Part shown: piece by piece, positions 1 to 12,995 of the stretch | Numbering within the stretch: the stretch's first letter is position 1 | How the letters are laid out: every line of letters begins with the position of its first letter | From: Trichosphaerium sp. ATCC 40318 | Lineage: Eukaryota > Protista > Tubulinea | Length of the DNA: 64,000 bases | Direction: 5' to 3' | Assembly (NCBI GenBank): GCA_038496445.1 | Contig: JALMLS010000466.1 | Coordinates: forward strand, 496,001-560,000 | Made by a program: the position numbers and the translations under genes | Notes under the pieces: generated by a model | Database searches by the model: none | The model's input: the letters and a program-made list of their open reading frames with translations, nothing else | Told to the model about the DNA's origin: nothing

Positions 1-3000
1 GGCTAGTATACACAGGATTTAAATGTGTACCATCAAGTTCATACTCTTTTTTTAGCTTATCATTTTCTGTAAGCAACGAATCAAAAAATTCAAGCCATTT
101 CATTTTAGGATTACCAAGATCTATTACTTTACGCCTGAGCACTTTGTTGAACACTTTTACTATGTGCCTACACAAAATTATAATTAAAACATGCAACAAT
201 TCACCTCTCTTTGAACCTCGCTCTTTGCGTACCTTGTGACATCAATGACTGGAATTACAGGGTGTATGTAAATAGTGTAATCGTATTTCTCCATCAGTTC
301 AACAAGAACTTTAAGGTAGATATCAACCGTCACAGTTGCGCCTTCTTCAATATCCTATTTTTGGAAAATTGTTTAGGTCCAAAAAAAAAAAATGCTTTTT
401 CGCTATTTTAATGAATGTGTGGCTGAAAAAGACGAAAACAAAGAGAATAGGAGTGAAACATATAGAATAAACTCTAACGATTGTTTTTAGGGTAAATTGT
501 TTTGCTCTTGTCTTCTGTCAAGCATGGTTTTTGTAAGAAAAAAAAAAGAGTTTTCTGGTTTGTGATGCTGTCTTACCTTGTATCTACACTTCTGTACTGA
601 TATAACAAATCCTTCGCGACAATCTATTTCACCAAATACAAATATAATATGAGATCCTTTCGGTACAGTTGGCACTACATTATAAAAGTTCTGTTTTGGG
701 AAGAAATTGCTTTCAGGTCTCAAATGCCAACATTTTAACCCAGTCACAAGTTTGGGGTAAATTAGATGGTCGCTACCCTATACATTGAGTTGTTAGCAAA
801 CCAAAAAATGTGCTAAAGCCAACACTGTCTCAAGTTTGTTCAGCTGATGTACCTTATATTTTATTGTTTGCCAAGCTGGCGTCATTGAATGACTATCACC
901 AGCGACGTATAAGTATGGCAACTTTTTTAGAGGGAGAGTGTGATACGTCATTAATTGTTGTATGCAGCAATAGTAAGCATGCTCATTACGTATGCGTGTT
1001 TCATGCATGTTTCGGCCTTCGCGTACAGGTGCTATTTTTTGTGAGTGTTGCTGTTTGTTAACACTTTCTTTTGAATAGCGTACTTATGATATCAGTCAAC
1101 GGTTCAATGACATCCAGTGCACCCACAATATAGATTATTTTAACGAGCGTACACAGTAGTGCAAGAAGATCTAGTTCCAAGGAGTTATATGGCTGATTTG
1201 GTGGTTGAATTGGGAACGACTTCATAGGGATTTTCTGTGCAGAGTTTTCTAGTTTCGGATTAGGTGACAGCTCACAAAGCCCATTAATTTTTTTTGTACT
1301 TGGCTTGTTGGGGTTTGTACTATGAAAGTCTTCTAGGTTACCAACATGGGCAATAAGGTTGTAAATATGAGCACCAGATAAATTGGATATGTGGATATCT
1401 GGATTGTTCTTGCAAAACTTCTTTATGGCATCATATGCGTCCTTTTGTACATTAGGTAGGTAACATAAAGGTGCTAGTGTACCTGGTACTTGTTAAGAAC
1501 TTCGAGTGCATGTACGTAGTTTAGGCAATATGTAGCACTGTTAGGTTCTAAATCAAGAGCTTCCTAGTGTTTCTGGTGAGGGTGATTGTGAATCTTGAGA
1601 GTTTTATACCCCATAGAGAGTTGCAGCTTCCTTAACAGCTTTTGGGAAACAGTAAGCAGGTGGATGTTTTTGTAGCAATACGCACCTCCATTATCCTTTA
1701 TAACTAGGGCAAGAAACGCTAGTGCTGGACCGGATTGCTGTGCGCTATCCATTTCATTCTTAAGCGCTTTAACACCCGCCTTTTGTGTTAACAAGCTAAG
1801 TTGTTCTCGGACAGCCTTATTTTCTAAACAAGAATAATAGTAAGTAACATGAACGAGCTGATTTTGTTTGAATACCTGATTGTGTTATAAGTAGCTTTAA
1901 AAATACTTTGAAAGCATCACTATAAAATTTTTGATATACCATTGCTTTGCCATACTCAAACAAAGCATCAAAATTATTTTCATCTCTTCCAAGCACGTTC
2001 TAAAAAACAAGGTTAAACAAAATACCCAAGAATACTAGCTTACGCCTAAAAAGCTTGCTCCAGTTTCGCTATCGCCAGTGGCGTAGCAAGCGCGTGCTAT
2101 GCGAACCTATAGGAAAGTTACGTCACGTGTGTTAGACAGTCATTGTATTACCTTGATGTCTTCTACCCTCTTGGGGTCTTCTTTGACTCCCGGGAAGGAA
2201 AGACTTTTTGTATAGCATGGCCTGGCTCTAGTATCTTTGATTGCCAAGTAAGAATCTCCCAAACTAATTGATATAGGTAAGAATACTATTCTATCACCCT
2301 CTTGTAGTACCCTGTTGAGGATATTAAAAAACAATTAAAAGAGTGCTAAAGTGTGTACCAAGTATCATCTCCACATCATTGACATGGTATTCTAGACCTT
2401 TAGAAAAGTACTTGATGGCTTCTTTGTGTTTTTTTGCTTGTAAGTAAATCCATCCTGGAAGAGAGTATTTCAGTCTCACAACGTCCAGAGTCCGTAATTG
2501 ACTTACCCAAGTTATAGAGACACTCTCTATTTCTTTTATCAGCACCTTCTAGTATTTGTTTGTAGATTGAAGCGGCTTGCTAAGATGTATTTAAAAACCA
2601 GTAAAAAAGCAGATTTTTGATTTTGTTGTTTGTACGGCGTAGTTGTTTTCTTGTTGAACTTTTTGAGCTAGAGCCAATGCAACTGGTACTGATACATTTG
2701 ATAATTGCTGTTGTACTGATGTATCGATGTTCTCTATTCACAAGATTTGTCAAAAAAAGGAAAACATGTCAAAGGTATCTGTACTTATAGCATCTTTTTG
2801 AGTTTGTAGTGTTTTTGAACATTTAGATAACCACTTTGAAAAAATAGATATCTGTGCTTTAGATAAACCAGGTAGTTTACTTCCTCTTTCAAAGAAAGCT
2901 TTGGCGTTTTCAATAGAACCAAGGTGAAAGCTCGCCATTCTAGCATCAAAGGTTAGTTCATTCAACTTCAAATACACTAATTACCCAGCTCTAAAATGAG

Positions 3001-3898
3001 CTTTGATGTGAGTAGGTTGTACTTCTATACATTTGTAAGCATCTCTTAGTGCTTCTACCAGGGGCTATTAATATTTGAAGAAGGAGGTATGACCTGGATT
3101 GGAAAGATGTGCATACCTGTATAATTCTTTTTATACAAGTAAACTTGACTTCTATTTGAATAACAATCGGCGTTAGTTGGATCACATTCAAGTGCTTCTG
3201 TATACGCCTAGAGTGAATCAATATATGGTTCGTTATTAGGTAGTTACGTACTTGGCATGCAGCGTCATACTGCTTGTTCTTCAGGTGATCATTTCCTTTT
3301 TGTTTTAATTTCACTGTGACATTTAGTGGCTACTACTTATTGCTCTATAGAGCACGTACATGCTACCTCCACGTTGTTGTGCTTTGGTTCCCTTTTTAAT
3401 TTAGGTATTGTACTACAAAGAAATGTATACGTACTCTTTCTTTTGTACTGGCTGTTTTTCGGTTGGAGTAGTTCTTGAGGAGTGTTAGCTTTGCAGAACG
3501 TTCGAGCGGAGGTACTTTTTTTCAACAATAAATACATCATCCTTGTTTTCAACAAACTTGGACACAGATTGGCTGTTGCTCATCTTTTCACCACTATTGG
3601 ATCAATTTGAGCCTGTAGGGGTTTAATTATTAATAGTAGTACCTGTCCAGCATTGCTATCGCCTGTGAAGCTACTAGGTATTAGATAGGAGCTATTTTAA
3701 AGTGTGTACCATGTAGTTTTTTTACAGAGCCGTGTTTTTTATTGTAAGCCGTAACGAAGCTCTATATTCATTGTTTAACGCGTTGGGACAAGTTTGACGT
3801 ACCTCTATTAATGTTTGAAAAGTGTCATTGCGTTTATGGTCCCATTGGAGTATAACCGTGTGTTCTGGGTCTCCTTCGTAGTGCACGTATATTCGCAT
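1..3898 (-). CDS. Multi-exon TPR-repeat protein with C-terminal SGNH/GDSL-hydrolase-like domain (3' end runs off window)
   Basis: Spliced translation starts MRIYVHYEGDPEHT. It has TPR motifs (LKQKGNDHLKNKQYDAA, DAYKCIEVQPTHIKAHFRAG) and C-terminal LYVAGDSH...FVFGEIDCREG...LDGTHLNP (GDS / DxxH). Many GT-AG introns. Confidence 0.75.
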
Positions 3899-3998
3899 GT
3901 TGCGCAGCAATAAGAAATGTTGTTTACTACTTTTACTGACTTTACCTACATTCGTTACTTTTCGTTATCAACAATTAAAAGGCTATACAACACTCGCA

Positions 3999-5840
3999 AT
4001 GTCACAAACACGGCGTAGAAAGGACATGAAAGGCGTAGCAGATGGCAGCATTAACACACGTACGCATAATACGCTATACGCACACTTATACGGCTATCAT
4101 GATGAAAAAAATTATGTAGAATGTTCTTTAGACAGTTTTCGCTTGTTCTAATTTCCGTTTTAGATGCTGAAGCCGATGACATGTACCAAAGTGACGAACC
4201 AAAGAGAAACTGGTTTATGGGTGCGTTTCTATCTTGACAAAATAAAAACGCGGACAAACCCCACTTTTTGGGCAGCGTATTTATTTGTACTGAGAATGAG
4301 CATGCATTTAATCTAAAGGCGGTTACTAACTTCTGGCACTCAGGTTTTATTTACTCCATTCCGCATTGGAAACTGGGCACTTGGCTACGTTTGCTATTTG
4401 TAGCTGTAATTATTGGCGCCTTTATAGTGCTTTTCGCTGTTGCACCGTGCGTGACTCTCACTTTTTCTGAGTAGTATTCTAAGGCGTCATTCATAGAATC
4501 CGAGACAGAGTCGTGAAAGGATTGACTTATATTCTTGTGAGTAAAATTTGACTTTTTTTCGTTATGAAGTTAATGGAAGTTCTTTTCTCCCACACCATCA
4601 ACAAATTGAGTCCTCATTCGCCGTACTTGGGATATATAGCACCCAGTATATTTATTGATGATGTGGTGAGAAAAAACTTCCATCATACTTCCAGATTTCT
4701 TCAAACTTCTAGATTTTCCATTCCCCTTTTTTTTTGCGTTACTTAACTAAGACGTTGGAGTATTAGGATTGGATATCAACGCATAAGATTATCGGTGCTA
4801 TAACATTCATATACTTGTATATCTTTGCTACTGTCTTGTTACTACCTGGGCTTATTCTTACGTTGGGTACGGTAGAGTTACTCTTCAAATCACAAAAAAG
4901 TAATACTTGCATAAGGTGGCGGTTTTGTATTCGGTCTGTGGCTTGGTATACTTCTTGTAGTCATTGGATCTAACCTTGGTGCATTTATGGCTTTCTTATT
5001 AGGTCGTACTGCTCTACGTTCATGGATCACAGAAAAGGTAATTAGCGTGTCAAATGATAATGTTTACTGACCTCTCTTCAACAGATTTCGAAGTTCCCTA
5101 TTTTTGCTGCTATTGATTCAGCCATTGAAGATGAAGGTTGGAAGATTATTCTCCTTGTTAGGCTAGCTCCTGTTCTACCTTTCAATCTTCTAAACTATGG
5201 TTTGGCCTTGACAAAAGTCAAGAGTTGGCAATATGTTGTCTTTAGCGTGATTGGTATGTTACCTGGTACTGCAATGTAAGTCATTTTTGAATTTAAAAAT
5301 TAAGTCGTGATAGAAATAACTTTGTTGCAGGTATGTTTACTTTGGTAGCGCTTTTAAGAATTTAGCAAGTCTCGCTTCTGGTTCAGTACCAAGCACTGCA
5401 AAGTGGATAACACTCGGTGTTTCTGGTGTAGTCATCATTGTCGTATGTTGTAGCTTTGTTGGTTTTTTGTCTTTCCCATAGAATATCCACGAAAGGCTTC
5501 TATAAATATGTTTACTGGACTAATCACATTTTTTATAGACTGTTGTTTTTATTACTTTCATCGCAAAACGTGCTATTGGAAAAGCATTGGCGAAACAAAA
5601 GGAAAAAGAAGGTACTACAGCGTTTTATTGTTATTTCAGAACTAACTCCTTCTAGCACGTGCAGGCGAAGATGGTCCACTGCTTGAAGGCGATGACGTGA
5701 TGGTACCACCGCCTGAGGATGATTGGTTAATGGCTCCAGTGTTTTCATTGAAATGGTTTGCTCTGGTTCTAGCCGGGCTGTTTTGGGGTGCACCAGGTAC
5801 ATACTTTATCGGGCTTACATCACATATTGACACAATGTAA
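3999..5840 (+). CDS. TVP38/TMEM64-type (SNARE-associated, VTT/DedA family) membrane protein
   Basis: Spliced exons give GSNLGAFMAFLLGR...GWKIILLVRLAPVLPFNLLNYGLALTKV...GMLPGTAMYVYFG; stop TAA at 5838-5840. Confidence 0.85.
4566..4691. repeat. ~41-bp imperfect inverted repeat inside an unusually long intron
   Basis: GAAGTTAATGGAAGTTCTTTTCTCCCACACCATCAACAAAT pairs with ATTTATTGATGATGTGGTGAGAAAAAACTTCCATCATACTTC. Confidence 0.8.
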
Positions 5841-6122
5841 TAAATAGGTTTGGCACTCCTTGGATACGGTATTTACGGTATATACACAGGCTGGCCTTAA
5901 GTTTTTACAAATGATAAGATTTTAAATAAAAATTCTGTATTCGAGCGTAGCATATGTGTATTCGTGTTATTTACGCTAAAACCTCATTGACACCACGGCT
6001 AGTTTGTTCATAATTTGGCATCAATCCCAATTAGTTTGATTGATCAATTCAGCACGTGAAAATTCAACGAGTTTTCTGAAAATGTTCAGTATTTTTTTCA
6101 ATTTACTTCATACAAGCCGCAT

Positions 6123-7494
6123 ATGTCATTTCAAGGGTCTAATCACCAACAAGTTTGGATGTTTACGCCAGAGAAGCTCCAAAAGCTTAGATTGGAGTCA
6201 AATGCAAGAGGAGCAAGCAAAGTACGCGCCAATAGTTTAAATCTTTAAAATTTACTTTAATTTAGTTCCCTGGAGGTGCGTATAACCCGTCAGGAAATCA
6301 TAACAGTAATTTAGGCAATACGTTAACCCTTAAGGAAGAACAAACGCTGTTGCGTCTGTATGCGTTCAAAATGAAGACTTGGGGAGGTAAATTTGGCTGC
6401 CCAGTAGATGTACGGTCTTTTGTAGTTATTACCCTTAAGACGATATAAACCCTGTATTGTTAGTACTAATAGCGAAGTGTAGGCACTGGTACATCTATTT
6501 CTATTCAAAACACAGATAATAGACAGCATTCTATTAATCAATCTAATCAATACTCAAACTTACTAGATAACGGCAGAAATTTATTTCAAACGTTTTTTTC
6601 TTTACAAATCGGTTATGGAGCATAGCAATCTGGGTTTAATAATGTGCGACTACCATGCGATCATAGTGCTTATGAATATTAAAGGCTTACTTGTCTATAC
6701 CTTGCGGGAAAGACCAACGAGTATTATGTTTTAGCGGAAGCTATAGAATCCAAAACCAAAAAAGCAGTGAAAGTAAAAGAGTACGCCATTGTTGTTAGAC
6801 CACTTTATCACTGACCTTTGTGTTTGTTATGTAGAATTGTAGATACTGAATTACTGCTCTTGAATGACTTAAAATTTCACTTGAAAGTCTACACACCATC
6901 TAAAGCAGCGTTTGGATTGGCTGCAGAGTTCTGTGTAAGCGCAGAATGTTATTCTTATTTTTTTCTTGGTTTATTGTCGCCACATGCTGAACGTGTACTA
7001 ATTTTTTATTGGGTTACAGAAAATAGTACACTATCCTCAAAAGGATATGATATCTGCTGTAATGGCTAACCTAATGGAGTGTATAGTACGTCTCAAAATA
7101 ACGAATATATTTTTTTTTCATTCTCTTTTAACAAGTTTATATTTAGATTGGCGATTCGTTTTTGATTTACCCTCCAACTCAACTAGCATTAGCATCACTA
7201 GCATACACAGCAGCTGTGCTCGGTTATAAAGAAGAATGTGATAAGTGAGTGCTCCGTATTTTGTTCTCTTGGATCACAGTGTTGATTTTTATTTTTTCCC
7301 TCTGATTAATCTATGAAATTAGGTTCATAGAAGATAATATAAGTATGGCTGATGAAGAAAAAATCCCTGAAATAAGAAGAGGCATACAAGCGTTAATACC
7401 AACAATGGAGAAAATTCGCATACAAACAAGTTTTCTTAGTGCAACGAAGCCACTACAAGCAAAACTTAAAGCCCTGACTGCTCAACCAAAATAA
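6123..7494 (+). CDS. CCNH: Cyclin H (CAK/TFIIH subunit)
   Basis: MSFQGSNHQQVWMFTPEKLQKLR...LTLKEEQTL...PVDALITAEIYFKRFFLYKSVMEH...IMLTCLYLAGK...ELLLLNDLKFHLKVYTP...YPPTQLALA. Confidence 0.85.
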
Positions 7495-7834
7495 TAAGTA
7501 ATAAAAAATCCAATTATTTACACGTTGAGTACAATTGTTCGGAATGAATGACATGATTTGTTTTCTCTTTTCTTTTCCATTTGCATACAGTAAGGAAACA
7601 ATCCTTGCTTTTCAGTCTCATAGACATCATCGGTTTCACTAAATGCACCAAACTGTAGCAACCATTGCGTCAAACCTGTTTTATTGTTCATTAACTTGTA
7701 CCAATACAATTCGTCGGTTGTCAATATCAAATATAGCAGCGAGTTTCTGGTAAGTAAGTGTGGTGCAATGAATACAAATAACGATGTTTTATTAATACCA
7801 AAGAAGAAAGTTCACGTGTTTTGATTTTACACTT

Positions 7835-10497
7835 TTACAGCATTATTATTTTGCTTAGCGATCCTTCTTGTCCAAAGTACGCTTCAACTTTGGTTGTTGT
7901 ACTAATTTTGGAAGTACACGCTTCCCTTGACCATAGCCAATATAGCACAAACCTCCCCACAGAACACAAACTCCAATCTTGTAACTCCAACTGTCTCCAG
8001 CTAAAAAAGGTAGTCAGCACACTACACAAGTACAAACAACATTATTATTTGAAAACTTACCAAAAGGAGATAGTACAGTACTCACAAGCATCAAAAATCC
8101 AAGAAAACCAACAACAGAGCACTAATCGAAGTAAGTCTAAAATGCTTCCGATTTTTCTTTAATAAGTACCAATTGAGCGACTGTGCCATTGTTTGAGTGG
8201 TCGTAAGGAGATGGTTTACTTTTCGATGGTCTGTAGTATCCAAGGATGAGAGAGAAGCAATCCTAGCAAAAAAGATGTCAGAAACTTGGAGCAAATGAGG
8301 TTTATTTTCCAGTTACAAAAAATAACGTACGTGTCTATCTCCATCAGCAAAAGAGTTTAGGTAGTATCTCGTTACAGCATTTAGGCCATCATTCATCATA
8401 CCAGCTTTTGTGCGTACACCAGTTCTAAACATTTCTTGTTAGATAACGAGTACATAGGAAGTTTTTTGGTTTTCTCAAGCCAAGGAAAGAGAAATACAAC
8501 AAATCTTGTCTTGTACTAACCTTGTCATGTCGGTTTTCAAGGCACCAGTACCACTGTACTGTCTGCTAATATTGTCGGCATTATCAGCCCAGACTAGTAA
8601 ACTATAAGATTGATCCAGTAATTTTTATGCGTACTATTTTTAAACAAACTGTCAAGTTCTTTGTGTGCTGCTACAGAATCACCTTCTTCGCATATACCAA
8701 CAGTGGCAAGCTGCTGAGGTAGAATATGCCTTCCAAAAACGCTCTAGTACCACATAAGAATAAAAGGAACCATAATAGATGGAAAAAAAAACGTACTTGA
8801 GCGACATTTGTTCTATCCAAGTTATCCATACAATTAGTACGTATAACACCTTTTTGCATCTGGTGTACTTTACTACCAGTTGCGCTAAAGTATTTAATAT
8901 CCTTAAGAGGATCTACTGCAATAGCTAGGAGGTTATCAAGTGTCTTTGGATCAGAAGAGCGGATTTTATGATGGTAGTCAAACCCAAAGTACCTGTGAAA
9001 AAAAAACGAGTTGGGAAGAGTTCGTAAAACATTAGTTTTTGATACGTACATAAGTTTATCATCATTCATTGCCTCGACTTGCTCTCCGTATGTTTTACCT
9101 AGCTTCTCTTCGCCACCCTTTTGGTCCACGAGATTGACACAAACTTGATTACCATAGAGTTCCTTTTGTTGTTGGAAGTGAAGCTGGATTGCTTCTGCCT
9201 TATTGTAAAAACAATCAGCTTTTTTGATTTCAACAGCTTGCAGTACGTACATCTTCAGTTGGTTTGGTTAACACTGGTTTAGGCTTCCACTTTAGATTAG
9301 GTTTCTGTTCCCAGTATAGAGGTATAGATCCACGAGTTTGAACAAATGATGCGCGTTTAACAGTCTCTTTGTTAACGACAATCTTAAATCAAAAAAAATC
9401 AGCAAAAATCAATTATGTAACAAAACCCGCACTTGTTCAGTCTCACAGTTGTTTGCTACATCTCCACGTTCATCAATACCACGTACATTATACCTTGTTC
9501 CTGCACGATTGACATTACGACGAGATATTAAAGCATAAACGAAAGAATTATCGTTAACTGAAGGTTCATGGATTGACACAACTGATGGTTTGTCAAGGTA
9601 AAATAAAAACTTCAATTAAAAAAACGGGAACTGTTGCTAAAATTGTTTTTAGCGTAGTATGTGTCGCAACGCGTTTTTCTGTTCGAAAAGGATACAACCA
9701 CACATCACTGGGATGATAAACTTATTCATAAGGTCCACAGGATCCTTTTGTTTGCTTGACGTGAAAGGAGAGAGCAAGAACTTGTTCCAAAGGAACCTAG
9801 AGTCAGCCTAGACATAAAGGCGGTTAAAAATAAACTGATTTTTTTTAAGTGAAAAAAAAAATAAATAAGAGCTAAAAGTATTGAACGTACACGCATCCAG
9901 AGGGGTTGTAATAGGACATCTGGCTCAAATAATGATTGACGTTGAAGTGTGTGGGTAAGGTCGTATGTTGTAGAGTAGTAATAGTTTGGTATCTCAAGAG
10001 CTTGGTTTAATCTGTCGAGATATACTTTTTCGTCAAGTTGCTTTGAAAAAAAGTTAATGTGACGGTTCGCCTCAAAATGCGTGTACTTGATCAACGTTGA
10101 GGTCCATGTCGTTTGTAAAGGGAATAACCTCTGTTTCGGTTATGCGCCATATTTGTTGGTCGTTTATTTTACCAACTAAAGCACGGTTCTTTATAACGAT
10201 AAGGTAGTAGCCTAAAGGAATTTAATGGAGTTTTACGTGGGTTTTGTTGTTTTACCTCCTAGAAGCTTGATACTACCCATTATACCGTATATTTGCATGA
10301 TTTTAGCGTGCTTTAGGTGTAAGCTGCTCGCGTCATCAGCCACTGGAACGAGTAAGGTTGTATTATACCAGATTAACAATTTATCCATCCGTACACGTCA
10401 ATTTGTGGCTGCTTGAGCGGCCTATCACAAGCGCATCGTTGTCCGTGTCTGCAACGACAACAAATTTGTCTGTTTTCAAATATAGCTTGTACGCCAT
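7835..10497 (-). CDS. SAC1: SAC1-family phosphoinositide phosphatase with C-terminal TM segments
   Basis: [77 protein letters not shown] (CX5R), [21 protein letters not shown]. Confidence 0.92.
9582..9695 (-). other. U12-type (minor spliceosome) GT-AG intron in SAC1
   Basis: Donor T|GTATCCTTTT; branch site TTACCTTGAC ~12 nt before CAG; no polypyrimidine tract after the branch site; splicing restores PVMCGFVSIHE. Confidence 0.88.
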
Positions 10498-10674
10498 GCT
10501 ACGTTGAACTTACAGTCTGGTCTTGAAGTGTGACGTACTTTGACTTTAATTTTATTGTCTTTAACCAGAAACTGGAATGTGACATCTACAACACCGTTTA
10601 TACTACGTTATACCCACCTGACGCCTCATTTATACCCTATAACATTTTAGAAACGTTTTTACAAAGCCACTACA

Positions 10675-12242
10675 ATGAAGGCTACCAGGCTGGTTAACGC
10701 TCAATCGGATCACTGGATACTTAACATACGCGATATAACTAACCAAAGCATACTATTGACGTTATCTGGCTTCTTTTTTGCAATAACCGATTTGATAACA
10801 GATCATACTGTCAAATTTCAACCAGAAGTAGTATCTGATGTTGAGAACTCGAAATACGCCACAAAGATATTAAAACTAAGCGGAGAACAACGTTCATTTG
10901 TGTACTCGCTTGTAAAAGTCATTGGCGCGTTTGGCTTGTTTATTTACGCACCACAACTATCTCCGGATGACATTTGGGATGTCACAACCCATGACTTCTG
11001 GCTTGCACTTGCAGGTATGAACCATGTGTCACATGTAATTTCCAATCCTGACAAACCCTAGCTGGCGTTGTACATAGTATTGCAGTGTTATTTCTATTCA
11101 AGTGCTATGAGTGCTGTCACGGATCTACAGTTTTGAATCCGTTACGTGCGTAATACCTTTATTCTAAATAAGCTAACCATGACATTCCTAGTTGGAACTG
11201 TAGTTATTTGTAATGTCTTAACGGATTTATTCTTCAGCCATTCGATAGGTAAAGTTGATTCTTCCTATCTTTTCTTATATGTCTACAGCTACTGCTTCGT
11301 ACTTTGGCACATTCGTTGCACTTGTTTTAATACTGGTTGGTTCTCTAATTCCATCAACGTACGGAATACCAAGACGGCTACTAAAGGTACATTGAAATCA
11401 CTAAAAGAACTTGTATTTCGTTCTTGCTAAGTCTAGCCTTTAGAAGGAGTTTTGGCATCAAGAACATCTCCAATTGGGTGGGATCAGTATCTTATGCTAT
11501 TGTCTTAGCGATATATTAGGTACAAAAACTCATAGCAAAACAACAAAACAGTTACTATTTGATTTGCTTATTATTTACAGAAACGACTTGTATTGAAAAC
11601 GAGTATTCTTCTATGAACGACCACGGATTCTTTTGTATTTCAGGAGTAGGTCACTTCGTAGGTATGCCACAAAGTAAAACAAACTAGTTTTTACTGCTTT
11701 GCTTCTTTCTGTTTGCTGAACAATTGCACATGTCATTCGTTTTGTTTTTTTGACTTGACCAAAGAAGTTGCGAGCAGTTTAGTACTTTTAGATAGTTTGT
11801 TTTGTTTTTTTCTAAACCATTTTGTGTAGGGCTCATTAGTTGCTTTTTTATTTTTAGAGAATACAGACAAGAAACACTTTTTTTATTGTCGTCTCCAGCA
11901 AAAATTCAATTAAGTATTCTTGCCTTTATTGGAGATTTTATAGCATTCGGTGGTGTCTACCTGAGGTAAAAATAAGTGCAAATATAGCGCATCGCATCGA
12001 ATGATATACCACTTACACTAGCATCTAGTTCTTTCGCCTACATTGAAAACGGTGACAGTGATAAAATCAGCACAATAGAAAGTTCAATGAAGCAGATAAC
12101 AAACTTTGTGTTATCATCTATTTTATTCAATACAACAGGTATAGGAAGACCTGTATATCATAAAAGATGGAAATTTATATCATGGCTGATAATGTGCATT
12201 GGTTTTACTCTACTGTATAGTGGTATGTCATCAGGTGATTGA
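10675..12242 (+). CDS. Multi-pass membrane protein, probable DMT/EamA-like transporter
   Basis: Spliced exons give about 10 hydrophobic segments (e.g. ALAAGVVHSIAVLFLFKCYE, AFIGDFIAFGGVYL, KFISWLIMCIGFTLL). Confidence 0.55.
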
Positions 12243-12995
12243 GAATAAAAAAAGTAATTAATCCTGGTTTCACCAACATTGTACAATTACACTTAGTTTG
12301 GTGTCACTTAACTCACTGTGCTTAATACATGCGTTAGTCAATTCTAGTTCAACAATGTAAGAGCTGTTGATTGTACAACTTTGCAATTGTTTTCTGAAAA
12401 GTGCAAAAAAGGGAATTCGCCTGAATTAACAGAATTGCGAGAAAAAATACTGTGAATCACGTGTTTTGAACCGAGAAAGAATAAAGGGAAATAAGGCAAC
12501 CAGCATGAGCTCGGTCCACATTCAACTGCACTGTTGGTTAAAATATTACTACAGGAACTCAACAAACTCTACATGTTGAATGCTAGAAATATTAATTTGA
12601 GGAACAGAACTTTGACAAAAATAGCAGAGTCGTATCATTTTATCTCCCATGGCCACCGAACATGTGTTTGTAAATGTTTCAAAGTAGAACGTGTAGTACA
12701 AAAGACTACATGATGTTGCTTTTAGGATGATATACTCGTAATTAGCTCAAGCTGGAAAATGTCTTCTGTCTCACAAAGGAGTTTCTTACCCTTACTCTCA
12801 CATTTTTCTTGGAGAAATGCGCGACAGTTTGTCCGAGTTGTATAACAATCGGCTATTTACTAACATCAATTAGGTAGAAGACACGATTTCCGCCTCGTTT
12901 CCTCAAAGGAACTCACAATAGGAACACCTTCAATAAGTGCTACATTCTTAAGGCGTTTTGAACATTATTTTGGCTTTTCCAAACGACTCAGAAGC

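Noticed and set aside
1249-1275. Apparent 27-nt GT-AG intron
   Set aside because: The frame reads through it without a stop, so splicing is not needed
7518-7730. 70-aa ORF between cyclin H and SAC1
   Set aside because: The listed start is not ATG and I see no homology; probably UTR or intergenic
8805-8840. SAC1 CMDNLDR instead of CMDCLDR as inactivation
   Set aside because: The catalytic C and R of CX5R are intact
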